Source: Klebsormidium nitens
Lineage: Eukaryota; Plantae; Klebsormidiophyceae
Length of the DNA: 64,000 nucleotides
NCBI GenBank assembly: GCA_000708835.1
Contig: DF237165.1
Span: forward strand, 62,001 to 126,000
Direction of reading: 5' to 3'
Positions 50,101 to 63,200 of this stretch are shown piece after piece. The position numbers and the translations under genes are program-made. Position 1 is the stretch's first letter. Each line of letters starts with the position of its first letter. The notes below the pieces were generated by a model. The model was not told the DNA's origin and did not search any database. It saw nothing but the letters and a program-made list of their open reading frames with translations.

Positions 50101-53100
50101 CTTTGAAGTCCCAAGCACCTTGAGAACTGCCCCGATGGTTGTCAGTGTGTTCCATGTTAGTTCGGGCACTCCTTCAGTTGGTCAGCGTCGATCATGTCAT
50201 GGGAGTTGTACAATGTTCTCGGATGGTGTAAGAACGTAATCTAGTCGCCGCGCCTAGTCTTTCCCTGGCTCTTGACAATGTCAACGCCTTGTTAGTGCAA
50301 GAATGCGTCATCCACGTTATGAAGAGCAGCACTTTGGGAGGTCTGGTAGTGTTGGTAATTCACAAGTCGCCGGATGGTGTCCACTTTGTTGAGCGGAGTG
50401 ACGAAAATACGTCCGTGCCTCTTTTGCAGGGACTCGAGTTCCTTCAAGGCGTCCGCCTCCTGCCCGAGAAGCTAGACCCGGAGAGTGTCGCCTTCTTCTT
50501 CCGGATGACACCGGGGCTCAACAAGGTAACGTTTCCGTCGGCTTGTCCATCATTGAGCCAGTCGATGCTCGGTTTGAAGTGTTCGGCATCCACTAGGGTT
50601 TGGGCAGTGCGTCATCATCTACAAAGGTCTTAAGTTTCCATGAATATTGTCTGTCTCTTAAGTCGCGGTCAAAAGGCTGAGATTTCATGTGGCTTTGCCC
50701 GTCAGCAAATGATGACGTTCCTCTTGAATCCTACTTCCCCTCGGCATGCACACCTGTGTAGCAAGCCTGCAGGTTTATTGCTCGCTGCTGACTGCTAACC
50801 CCACCCTTCCGCTTGCAGAACCTGCTGGGCGAATACTTTGGCGAGCCAGACGCATTCAACATCAGCGTCCTGGAGTGCTTCACGAAGCAGTTCAACTTCA
50901 CTGGGATGGCCCTCGACGGCGCCCTGCGCACGTACCTGGAGGCGTTCCGGCTGCCTGGGGAGGCGCAGAAGATCAGCAGGGTGCTCGAGGCATTTGCGTC
51001 TCACTACTACGAGCAGTGCCCGCAGGCAAGTAATCGTACTCCTCCTGTCCTTGGTCTTGTCTAGTTGACTCTTCGGCTTCTCCAACTTCACTCCTTTGTT
51101 CAAGGCAAGGTGGCTTTGAGTTTTGGGGTCTGAAGAACCATTGTTGGCAGAGGTAATGTTTTTGTTAAGAAGATTGATGCCTTCTGCTGAATTTGCAGCA
51201 GACCATCGTTGGTGGTTGCTAACATGTGTGAAACCCCTTATTAGGTCAATTTGCTTAAACCATTTTCTCCTATGTGCAGAACTTCGCCCACAAAGATGCG
51301 GCCTACGTGCTCTCGTACTCTGTCATTATGCTCAACACGGATCAGCACAACGGTCAGGTGAGCCAAACTCAACTTTCATTCCTCTGGTCAAATACTTTAT
51401 TCATTAAACTTAGGACATGTTCGTTACTTTGGAGCGCCCTGCTCTTCGAGTGGAGATGAGCCACATCCAGGTGTGCTGGCGAGTCAAGTTCTCGGATCTG
51501 AAGAAGACCTGGAGCCGTGGAAGGAAGAGCACACACTTTTATGCGGCGCAAGAAGAATCCGTCATTCGAGGGGTCGCTCCCTCGCCCTCCTTGCAATCAC
51601 TTCAACCTCTTTTTAAACTGTTACTTCGGTTGCTGCTGTGCTCAGGTGAAGCGAAAGATGACCGAGGAGGAGTTCATCCGCAATAATCGGAAGATCAACG
51701 ATGGGAAGGACCTGCCCCGGGACATGCTGACGCATCTGTACTACTCCATTGCGAAGAACGGTGAGGAGGCTGCCGCTCATGATCCCTTTGATATGCTCCG
51801 ACAAATGTCATCACCTTTTCAAAGCAGGTTCCTGCTTGATGCTTAAGGCACTCGAGATGGACCAGAGTAAGCGAAGCAGATTGCTGATACTCATCTCACA
51901 ACGGATCTTGCAGTCGCTTGAGGTCCCAAATCCACGTCGGATCCGGTCGGAAATGCGAATGTAGAACGTCGCTCCTATTCATCAGACACATTGGGCCAGG
52001 AGCTTGCATCTTTCCTGAACCTAACTCTTCCGAGTCCCAATTCTCAAGTGTTGGACACCCCTTAAGCTGCTCATTTTCGCCGAATGCAGAGATTCGGATG
52101 TCAAGCGAGAGCCTGGCTGCGGAGCCTGGCATGACGTACAGCCGGTGGCTGGACTTGCTGCGGCGCTCCCAGGCCACGACGCCGTTCCTCTCGTGCGACC
52201 CCACCAAGCCGCTGCTCGACCGAGACATGTTCTCCGTCATCTGGGGACCATCCATCGCCGCCATCTCCGTTGGTGAGGGATTCATCTCGCTGTACTTTAA
52301 GTCTCGCCCTAAGATCCCGCAGAGTTGACTAAAGTGAATCCTTTTGAGCTGCATATTTGAATCCGATGAATATGTTGGCTGCTGCAACACATTCTCAACG
52401 AGTGCAGGCGTATGGATCTCAACAATGACCAGGTTTTGAGATGCATGAGCTCACACTACCTGCATAAAGTGTCGCCTTTCTGCTGCACCAAATTGTCCTC
52501 TTTGCAGTTCTGCAACCTGACTTAAGTCTCTGAAAGTGTTGCTAGGAAGCTGGACAGTGTTGTATGGTCCGAGTAGGAGCAATGCTTATCAGCAGCCTCG
52601 TTTAGGCGCTTCTATTCTGCTCCAAAAGACGGTCCTACCAAGTCCGGAGAACTCGGTGTTTGCTTGATCTGCACATCACCTCCCGATTGCAAAAGTTGCT
52701 CGGCTGCTCGTGCAGTGTTCGACCACGCGGACGACGCAGACACGCTGCAGCAGTGCATGGCCGGGTTCCTGGCGGTGGCCAAGATTTCAGCGGCGCATCA
52801 CATGGAGGACGTTTTTGACAACCTGGTGGTCAGCCTCTGCAAGTTCACGACGCTCATTGGGAACGACAAAGCTGCGGTCGCGTTTGGAGAGAACACTAAG
52901 GTGAGGCTGTAAACCAATGGAGACTGCTTGTGTCAATATCTCTGCATCTGATGAGAAGCTTGTTCAACAAGGTTGGCTAGTTAAGGGCTGATTATGAATA
53001 CTCTTGCTCGTCTTTGATTGTAGCCGCCCTGGTTAGAATGCTTTCTTGCTCTCATTTCATCGGTAGATGGTTGCACCTTGGCTCGCATGTGTCGCCCTTC

Positions 53101-56100
53101 TCAAGCAGCTTTCCCGAGCCTTCAGTCGAGACCTGGGTCATGTTGCAGTTCTTGTTGCGCTTCGAATGGAGCCTCCTTTCCTTCAATCCAAGCATGCGAC
53201 ACAGTCGTATGTGAGCTTCTCACGACTGTCCATTGTTTGCAGGCCCGCATGGCAACCAGTGCTGTCTTCGAGATCGCCAACCGGCACGGCGACACCATCC
53301 GCAGCGGGTGGCGAAACATCCTTGACTGCGTCATCCGGCTGCACAAGCTGGGCTTGCTGCCGACCCGGCGAGAGCAGTCACAGAACGGCCAGGGGAGGCC
53401 CAGCGACAATCAAGAAGGTCAGCGATTTGCAGCAGCCATGTTTCTTGTCTTACCTTTAGGACCTTTAGGACCTTTAGCAGCAGCCAGGTTTCCTCGTTTT
53501 CCTCCAGGACATCCACTGGCTGGGACGTCATAAGGCTCTAAAGGCCTGGCCTTTGTTTGGTGGCTTTGTCTTCATGAGGCGAATTTACAGATCTGCTCGT
53601 GGGGTATACATATTGCAAAGCCCCCGTGTTCGATACGGCGTGCGTTATTGTTTACCGCAGACTTTCCAAGTCTTGTTTTCAATCGTCTGATGGGTAGGAG
53701 ATGCATGACCAGGCACTTCGTCAATCGGGCAGCCCTGCTTGTTTGGAGAGTCGCCAATGTTATCCCGTTGGCATCGCTGGGGCGTCGTAGTCTCTGCTTC
53801 GAGGTCTTCTTTCATTGATCTGGGGCAGAAGTTCGAGTAATGACTTGAAACTTAACACTGCTCCTCAATTCTTTCACGAGGGAACCCCATCAAGGAGCTT
53901 CGCAAAGGGCAATGCCTCTCTCTTTTCAGCCTTTGAGTTGCTAGAGACGTGCTAGAGACGTAACGTGTCCTTTGCAAGCCAGTCGTGATCAAGCGACACT
54001 TGAAAGGATGCTGAAGCCTTTGCGTTTGTCCTGCAGGGTCTTCTATTCTTGCCAACGCTGCTGCAGCGGCAGCCGCTGGCACCCAGGCTGGGATGGGACG
54101 ACGGAAGAGCGCGGGCATCTTTGGCACGTAAGTGAACCGGCCCTGTGTTGCCGCTTGCTGCAAGTGCATACATATGCTGCCTCAAGGTTCTGGAAGATGG
54201 CGGTCTGAGCTGAAGTACCCGCAGCCCATCAGAACGCCCTTTGCTGGCAGATTCCTTGCTAATGAACGACTTTCTACTTTTACTTGATGATTTGTCAGCT
54301 TGTTACAATCTAACTTGCTCTTTAACCGACACTCAGCAAGACACCATGCTGCAATATGCTACGTTTCTAACCCTCCCCATCTCCCTCCACAGCGTGAGCC
54401 GGCAGTTCCAGAACCTGCTGTCGCTGGACGCGGGCGCGGACGGCGAGCGGTCCACCATCGCAGAGCACCAACTGGCGGCGCACCAGCGTACGCTGGCCAT
54501 GGTGGAGGCGTGCCGCATTGACGACCTGTTCACCGACAGCAAGTTCCTGCATAAGGCCTCCCTGCTGCAGCTGGTCAAGGCGCTGATCAACGTGTCGGGG
54601 AAGCCGCACCAAAAAAATATCTCTACGGAAGAGGAGGACACCGCGCTGTTCTGCCTGGACCTGCTGATCGCGGTCACGCTGCGGAACCGGGACAGGATAC
54701 TGCTGCTGTGGTGAGGAGAACGGAAGGGCTCTTCGACGTCAAAGCACCTTTTACCCACGATTCTGGCGGTTGAGTCCCCAAATTCTGGTCATGAGTTCTC
54801 GAATTTGAGCGAGCCTGGGCCTGCTTGAGACCAAGGATATTCTTTCTGAAAGCCCCGGATCCGTAGCGTCCCAGAACTTGACCTTGGCGATACTGCTTTT
54901 TCTCAAAACAGCTTTAGTAGGACGATCGGCGGCCTGAAGCTCGAGGAAGCGTTTAAGCGCAAGTCCTATATTTGGAGCGTTTTCTCAGATTGTTTTGGTT
55001 CTTGCGAAACATACCTTTCAGAAAAGGCTGACAGGACTGACCGGATAGAACGAAGTACCCCTTCTCTTTTAATGAAGACGGAGCTTTGGTTTAAGCGTCC
55101 GGGAACAGCGTCACATTTGATTCCTAAAGCAGGAACTGGTTTTAGGGTTTTAGGGTTTCGGACTAACGTCTAACAGCCAAGAAACAAAATGGGGGAGGCT
55201 GCCCCCGCCGTGCCTATATCCATTTGTCCCCTCGAAGCCACCTTTCAAACACAATCGTTTTGATTTTACAGGCCCGCCGTGCACGAGCACCTGGCTAGCA
55301 TTGTGGGCTCGGCGCAGTCGCCGAGCCCGCTCGTGGAGAAGGCCGTGCTGGACCTGTTGCGCGTGTGCCAGCGGCTGCTGCCGTACAAGGAGGACCTGGG
55401 CGATGAGCTGCTCAAGAGCCTGCAGCTGGTGCTGCGATTGGATGCGAGAGTGGCGGATGCGTACGCGGAGCGCATCACGCGTGAGATGCTGCAGCTCGTC
55501 AAGAGCAGCGTCACCTACATCAGGTGAAGTTGGTGGTTCGAGTACGGCTAGTCCAGTGGTGTGTTAGTGCGCCCAGCTTTTCTGCGGCATGAGTTTCTGG
55601 TCTCAGTGAAAGCGTGCAAGTATTGAGTGTTTTGTCGGGTTTATTCTGCTTGATCTGGACTGCCGTCCAAGAATTCACGAAGCTGTTTAATCCTTTTGTC
55701 AAACATGATCCGAACTCCGTTTGCCGCCAGAACATGTGCCAGCTTTTGCGGGCTTGAACCTTATCTTTACAGAGCGGATCTAATACTGGAGTCTGACAGC
55801 GTTGTGGATCATGCAGAATTTCGTCACAATCGCTTTTGAAGCTTAGGGCAATTTGCGAGGCAGCGTTGTCAGTACCATGTTCACCAAACCTGAAAGTCCA
55901 TGAAAGAATTGCCGCTCCGATTGCTCTTCCGATAGGTCCCAAACCCTTACCAATTTCGATCTCTCCACGCTTGCTGACATCAGTGTTAACCATTCGCAGG
56001 TCGCCCGTATTGTGGAAGACGGTGTGCTCGCTGCTGGCAGCGACTGCGCGGCACCCCGAGGCGGCGGAACCCGGCTTTGAGGCGCTAACGTTCATCATGC

Positions 56101-59100
56101 AAGACGCGAAGCACGTGACGCCCGTCAACTTCATGCCCTGCATGGATGCCGCGCTGGCCTTCGCGGAAGGCAGGGTTGGGGGGGTGAGTAGCCGCAGCGA
56201 GTGCTTTAGTCTCTGTTCAACGAAGCTGAACCCTCGTCTGCCAGTCAGCACTCAATACTTCGTCCCAATCTTCGAAGGTGTGCTCCTCCTGCTACCACTT
56301 GTCGTCCTGTGGCCTGAGAAAGGATGTAAGCCTGGAGAAAACCAGCAGTTGATTCTTCCCGATCCTGTTTCCAAATCTTTTTCAGCCCTAACCGCCCATT
56401 TTCACCGCAATGCTTCTCCGTGACTTTCAATGAAACGCAATCTGAATATGCAATATCAAGACGGGAGCGCAATCCCATTAAATACAGACGGACTGGACGG
56501 AAATAATCTTGGTAGAACCTGACCCGCTTCCCTCTTGCAGGTGGAGCGCTCCGTGAAATCCCTCGACCTGCTGGCGAGCCTCTCAACCAACCTGGGCCAC
56601 TGGGCGAAGACCCTCAACGCCGGCCAAGCAGACACTGCCACGTCAGCCTCAATCAGCGGCGCCCCCGCCTCAGACGCTGCGAGGGAGGCCCTGGATCAGG
56701 CTGTGTCGGAAGCCGCTTCCACGTCAGCAACTGATGTGCCGCAGTCCCCAAGGCTGACATCAGAGAAAGAGGCGCTGATTGACCTGTGGCTGAGGCTGTC
56801 GGTGGGGCTGGGGAGGATCTGTCTCGACCAACGAGAGGTGCGGATCACAAACCGAAAAGTGCTATTAGTTCTTTCCGTACTCTCGTTCTTCATCACAGGG
56901 TGTAAAAGTAGCGTGCTGCACGGCTTCAAGGAAAGGCTGGTAGCGACCAGTAATTTTCCAAAATTTCTGGCTGTGTCATGCGATACTGTAGGCGGTTTGG
57001 TGGTATCTTCACCATCCTATAGCGAAAAATGTAGTAGCTGCAGGCGCTTGAGAGGTTGATCATTCTTATCTTGCTTTTTCAAAGTTAAATCTCAGCGGTG
57101 AACACAACTAGGATGGCAATGTCGGATTGCGGCTGACGACTGCAACTCAGGACTTCGGTGCTCTGCCTTATGTGTCTCATTGCATCCAACCCCAGACTTC
57201 TCCTTATCTCCCCATCAGCTACTATGACAAAACGTGGGATGATATCGAAGAGGGAGGGTTCTTTCTGCCAAGAAGTTGAGTCCGGGCAAAGCTGTGCTTC
57301 TCTCTCAGAGTTGAACTAATGCTGGAGTTTTGTCCCGACCTGAACGAGAACTTCACGTCGGACCTTAAGCTTTTGGCTTTTTTATCGCAGGACGTTCGGA
57401 ACAATGCGCTGGAGTGCTTGCAGCGGAGTCTGTTGCAAGGAGAGGCACTCGATGTTCGATCGGGCAAAGTGTGGGTCCGCGTTTTCGACCAGGTGAGGAG
57501 GAAAGTGCGCTCAGTCGTACATACCGCCGTAGCGGATCCTAAGAGCAAAGCGATAAAACGACTGGGTCCAGATGTCACCCTGACATTGAAAGTATCCGTG
57601 CATTCATTGTAGACCTAGCGGTAGAATCCATTCATCTGTTGTACAAAAGCCGATTGTTTGTGGCGTTCTCTCTACTGGAGGCTGCTCGAGCTCAAAGCCC
57701 TCCCCTGATTCGCAGCGTCCTTTCATTTCCTTCATCCCATCTCGCTTTTATAAGGGGTGAACGTTTTGGCCAGCAAGCGTCCAAGACCTTTCGGTTTCGT
57801 GTCAGACCTCAAACAACTTCCTCACTCCGAATCAGCTTTCAGTAATATTCCAATCTTGACATCTAGCTGACATCTTTACTTGTCTCCAGATCGTGTTCCC
57901 CACCCTGGACGAGTTGCTGGACCTGGCCCACAAGGCCTCCGCCAAGTCGTACCGCGGCATGGAGGGCACCCTGCGGCGGGCCATGGTCCTCCTCTCCCGG
58001 GTCTACCTGCAGTTCCTCACGCAGGTCAGTCAAGCCTCCCTGCTCAGCTGCTTTGAAACTGCAGAATGATTGTCCTTTTCTGATCGGAGTTGAATGTACG
58101 TTAAGTGATGTACGAACCTTTTTGATAGATTGTCCGACATGTCAAGTTTCGTTTTTCCTTGCCCAAAATCCGCCTTTTGCTTTGGAGAGCCCGTGCATTC
58201 CAGCATTGAATACGCGACCACAAGTCGTTCTACAGCTGAATGGTGGCCGAATTACGACAATGCTCAGGCCACTAAATCCAAACTTCTGCTGACTGGTGCG
58301 ATCCTGGGCTGCCAGCTGGCGTCCAACCCCGGTTTTGCAAACCTATGGGTGGCGGTGCTAAACCGTGCGGAGGGTTATCTGAAGAGCAGTGCACCACGGT
58401 CGGCGGGTATCTCTATGGCGGAGAACATCCCGGAGTTGCTCAAGAACATGCTGCTGGTGAGCGCTGCGCCATGCTCGACAACCATTTTTTGCCGACGTCA
58501 ATTCTATTGCTTGGACGAACGGGCAATGTTCAGGACGATTTCCGCTCTTGTTTCGAAGATCTATCATCTACTGCAGTGTAAACTTAAAGAGCTCACTCTG
58601 GCGGATTGCGGCAGCCTAGTCGGATATTTGGACAGAGGGGCCAACGCGCGAGCTGATCTTGTTGACGTACATCATAGTCCCTCGTTGCAGCAGATCGAGG
58701 TTTCAGCCCAAAACCTGAGCGTTCTAACCTGATTGCGTGGCGCAACGAGCATGAGCATCGCATTTTCTCCTCACCAGATAATGGCTACCGTTGAAGAGAT
58801 GCTAAGCTGCTTCGAACTTCCACAGATTCTCTGGGTGATCACCGTTGTTGGTAAAGTGACCTTAATACGTTTGTGTCGTTGTCTCCCCAGGTCATGAATG
58901 CCCGCTCTATTCTCGTTCCGGAGGTCGCGCCCCCAGCCGAAGGGGAAGCCCCTACTCTATGGAGCCTCACGTGGCAGCACCCTATCTTCCGCTCCCTCGA
59001 CCCGCACTTCCGGGAGGACCTTTTCCCGCCCCCAAAAGCTGCGCCTAGTCAACCTGCCCCGGCAGTCGAACAAGCTGGCGCTGAAGAAAAGCAACCGGAG

Positions 59101-59325
59101 GGAGTCTCGACAGGGCCAGTTGCGGAGGCAGCGGAAGCCGTGGGAGAAAAAGCGGCCGATGCGTCCGTTGCAGAAGAGTCGAAGGTGCTTGTGGAAGGCA
59201 GCCCTGTTGAGGGTAGCAAGGATGTAGCGGAGGAGGGAACCAAGCCGGAAGACGTGGATGTTGCCGAGGGGTATGAGAAGGTGGAGAAAGAAATGGTCGA
59301 ACCCATTAAGACGAATGTCACATAG
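44184..59325 (+). CDS. GNOM: Full-length GNOM/GBF1-family large ARF guanine-nucleotide exchange factor, copy B (DCB-HUS-Sec7-HDS1-3); 26 exons, ~1732 aa
   Basis: Exons 44184-44327, 45382-45454, 45650-45781, 46025-46143, 46593-46756, 47089-47953, 48461-48718, 48906-49041, 49356-49496, 49817-49989, 50430-50525, 50819-51025 (GC donor), 51280-51357, 51646-51760, 52090-52272, 52716-52900, 53243-53417, 54037-54127, 54393-54710, 55272-55523, 56000-56183, 56541-56837, 57391-57492, 57890-58024, 58316-58456, 58891-59325 (5199 nt). Motifs: [127 protein letters not shown]. Confidence 0.95.
53452..53478. repeat. 9-bp tandem repeat x3 (ACCTTTAGG) in a GNOM copy B intron
   Basis: acctttagg acctttagg acctttagc. 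Confidence 0.85.
55140..55155 (+). repeat. Two tandem TTTTAGGG telomere-type units in a GNOM copy B intron
   Basis: TTTTAGGGTTTTAGGG followed by a degenerate TTTCGG. Confidence 0.6.
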
Positions 59326-60281
59326 GCTGTTCATTTGTATACATAAGCACGTATTTGCACGGAATCTTGTCAAACCGACATTGATCCTGCCAAATATGCA
59401 CATTGAGGTCCGCCCTGCTGCGGCCACTGAAATGTTGAGGGTTGGACATAAGATCTTCGGTTACTTTGTGAGTGGGCGGCTATTGAAAGGCGGGGTGCTA
59501 AATGCACGATATATCTGTTTGTCGAACCTTCATGAACATTGCCGCGCATGCGGGGTGTAGCAGCCGCTCTAGTGCTCGCCAGATCCTATCGTTATCCCCC
59601 ATAAAACATCCTTGTATATGGACGGTAAGGAAGCTAGCGCGCGAAAAGAAATAACGTGCTGGCAACATACGTGCCATTAAGTTTATGACCTCTCATGCAA
59701 GGATTCGAATGCAGAGTTGTTTTCCGCGACTTGAGCTTTTCAAATACGGGCGTGCATGCGCCACCTCGCCACATTCTGTACGCCCAGCGCTCGACTTCCA
59801 TCTTAATCTCCGTAACTAGAGGCCTCAGGTGAACCCGGCCGCCCCGTCACATTCAGCTTAGCTCAGCATCCGGCGGTTGAGATAATAGACACCGAGAACG
59901 CCGCGCGCGATTGGCAGAACATGACACTCAGTACGCCTAAACGGTGCTTCAACATGCCTTCAACGTCTACTCATGATCTGCTTGTGTTAGAGTCCTCGAC
60001 AATCAAGACTTTCGACACAAGCCGGAATTAGGCCGGAGGGTATCAGCCCGGGTTGGGTATCCTTCCGATCTTGTCCGTCTATTTGTGGCCAGACACCATT
60101 CATATGTCGTCCAGCCTAGAGCCAAAATCGCAGTACAGCCGCATGCTGTAACCCTTGGGTCTCCCTACTTTTTCAGCAAGTAAGACTACATCTTACACGT
60201 TTGGATTAGAAGAAGACTTGTGTCCGCACATGGCGGCCAAAAGGCTCGCCATTGGGGTTGTCAACTATCGCAGGATGAAGA

Positions 60282-63200
60282 TCAACGCCCGTCTTCGAAG
60301 CGCCGGCCCGGCTCCAGGCGGTCGTGCGTCGCTGCCTCGCGGCGCGTCATCCCGCGGTTGCGTCTCGCCATTCCCAGGCGCATCATCGGCAGCCGCGCCG
60401 CAACCTCTCTCCAAATCATTGCCGGTGCTGAATCGTTCCTTGTCGAAGCGTCGGCGTATTCGAAACTGCCCCGTACCTGCAGCGCTCACAGCAATCCCAA
60501 TTAAGATCTTACAACAAATAAATAAATCGACTTTCGACGTGCTCTCATCCTCAAGATCCGCTGTGCTGGCTTAAAGTAGGTTCAGAGATTGAGACAACTT
60601 GCAGCGTTGTGCAAGGAGATAATTACCTCGTGTCAGGTTATTCAGCTCTAAGCACGTCAGTACCGAGCGCGATTTCGGACGTCGCAGATTTTCGAGGGGC
60701 CGCTCATCGACCTCTGCAGCTTGCTGACGTAGGAAGAGAGTCCAGAATGCCACTCTTGCTCAGTTGGAAGTTGAAATCAAGCTTTGCATGAAAACCGTAA
60801 ATGCAGATGTTCTCGCTTGTACCCCGAGGCTTAAGCAACGTGAACTGGCCGTGCGCGCACATAGGGCGGCCGCGACTAGGCGGCGCGGCCGCGTGCCGAC
60901 TAGATCAAGCAAGCTTCCTGAAGCAAGAGAAGGGGTGGGGCAGTGCTGGTCGGCTTTTGCGAGGAGTCAAGGTGATTGCTGGTTTCGACAGTCGCTGATG
61001 ACTCCTCAAAAGAGTAGCGCTTTTCAGTTCCAATCAGTTTGCCAATACAAAGCAGATCAACGACTTTGCTGGCCGTCTTAGTACTGGCATTTACGCGCAA
61101 GAACACGGCCAAAGATACCGCCGAGCTCCTGTGCAGAAAGCGTCAGCGCTCAGTCAATGGGCGAGCTTGCGAGTCTGCTCTTTCGTTCGACAACCTGCGC
61201 TTCGTTCTACCCAAATCCCCAACAAATCGAAGCCGACTTTCTCCAGCGGCAAGTCCACCTCCGTGCTCGTCAGGTTCCTGCCATCCGTCCGCTCTGCGCT
61301 GTCATCAAAAGTCCTCCTGTTCTCGCAGAGTCGTGCGGCGCACCTGAGCGAGCGCCTTCTTCTTGCGCAGTAGGTCCTCGTTGGAGACGGCCCTCAGGAG
61401 AGCCGTCAGATGGCCCGGCTGGACGGCATCCGCTTCACGCACGAAGATGAGCGCATCGCTGCACCCAGCGATTACACGACACTCACGTCAGGAGCCAAGG
61501 AGAGTAAAGCAGATTAGATGAGCGTTCTCGAACGTCTCTGTACATGTTTTATTAACCTGTGTGATAACTTTGCAGCCAGCTGTCTTTTGCAGTGCAAATG
61601 GAATAAGCAGGCGTGACGTTTGTTCTCTGCCCCTTGACACGGGACCCGTCACTACTGCGACTATCCTCTGTTTCCAGGAACCGTGCTGCTTCCACCCATC
61701 GAAGATATGCGGAGCTTCGGGACTTACATCTGCACCTCTGGCGTTTCTCCAGAGCTAAGAAGATGCTTCAAACAGTAGTTACGGAGCCCTGTACAATGCT
61801 TTTTACAGAGCTTCACATGTATAGTCCTGACCTGAGGTCCAGCTGGTCTTCGAAGGGCACCTCCAGATCGTCGCTGACGACCACTGGTACGCACAGGTTG
61901 ACGATCGCATCGAACAGCCGGGCGGAAGACGGCGTGTCCCCAGCAGGACAATGCACACCAGGCAGAAAAGTTGGATTGGGGCGATGCCCCGTTTAATTGA
62001 AGCATCGTGGACGAGTCCCTGCTCTTGAAGGGTGCTTTTATTAGCAATTATTTTGGCTTGGTCTCTTGTACACCAAAGCGAAGGCAACTTCAAGCTTTTC
62101 CTCTGAACTGGTGTTTCGCTTCGGACACGAAAAGGAAGCTACAACTGTAAAGCACACCCGCAATCCATGCATTTACAGGCGTTCATTGAAGCGCATGCTG
62201 ATTGTAATCTTGGAATGCTTTGTTGAGTCTTGTTCCAAGACCTCCCTCTTTGCAGGCCTTCTGCGCTCAGCTGGCAAGGGACAACAGCCAATCGTGTTTC
62301 ATGCTTGATTCCTTGCTTACACCGATGACGCCCAAATCAATTTAACGTCGAGCGTACTTTTATTTTAGGTTTGAAGGAACTTACGAGGCAAAATTTGGAG
62401 CGCCTGATGGCTTGCGTAGTGACGTCAACCGCTGCTGAGTCGAGCGACTTCTCCTTGGTCCCGCTCAGTATTCGAACGTCCGGTTCGTCTTTCAAAACGT
62501 CTTGCAGAGCGTTTCTTACTCGACCCATTCCCTGCAAGCAGGTTTTGGGGGTTTTTCATTGCCTCGACGTGAGTGCTATGCAGACCTGACGGATGAGAGA
62601 AGGGGCGTTCGAATTCTCTGTTCATGAGAGTGGTTCAAGCATGCTTCCCTGAGATAAAAGTAAGGGGTGGGGCGGTGCTAGTTGGCGTTCAATAGGACTG
62701 GAGCCGCCACTAGTTGCTGGGTTCAATAGCCGTTAACGACGACTCGATGGAGTAACGCCTTTCAGTTCCGATAAATCAACAAGGCAGGTCGAAGCCTTAA
62801 ATGCTGGTCTTGACGCGCTGGAACACGGATATTGACACTACCAAGCTCCGTGCAGAAAGCGTAAGAGCTCAGTCAATTGGGTGAGCTTGGGAGTCTTCAC
62901 TTTCGTTCGACAACCTGCGCTTCATTCTACCCAAATCCGGTTGTATTCTTCCACAATAAATATATCCACAATCGTCTTGAACCGGCAGAAGTCGACAGCA
63001 AGGAGACGGGACACGGGCAACGTCGCAACCAATCAGCATCAAAGTTTCCGTAACTCTGCTCACACTTTGGTGGTAAACTGTACCCTCGGCGCCCTTTCAA
63101 AGGTGTTTTTTAAAAGGACATGCGTACTTGAAGTCCAGCTCACCGCTCGCTGCAAATTCCCCGCAAAGAAAAGCAGCGTGTCCACGTTCTCGAAAAAAGC

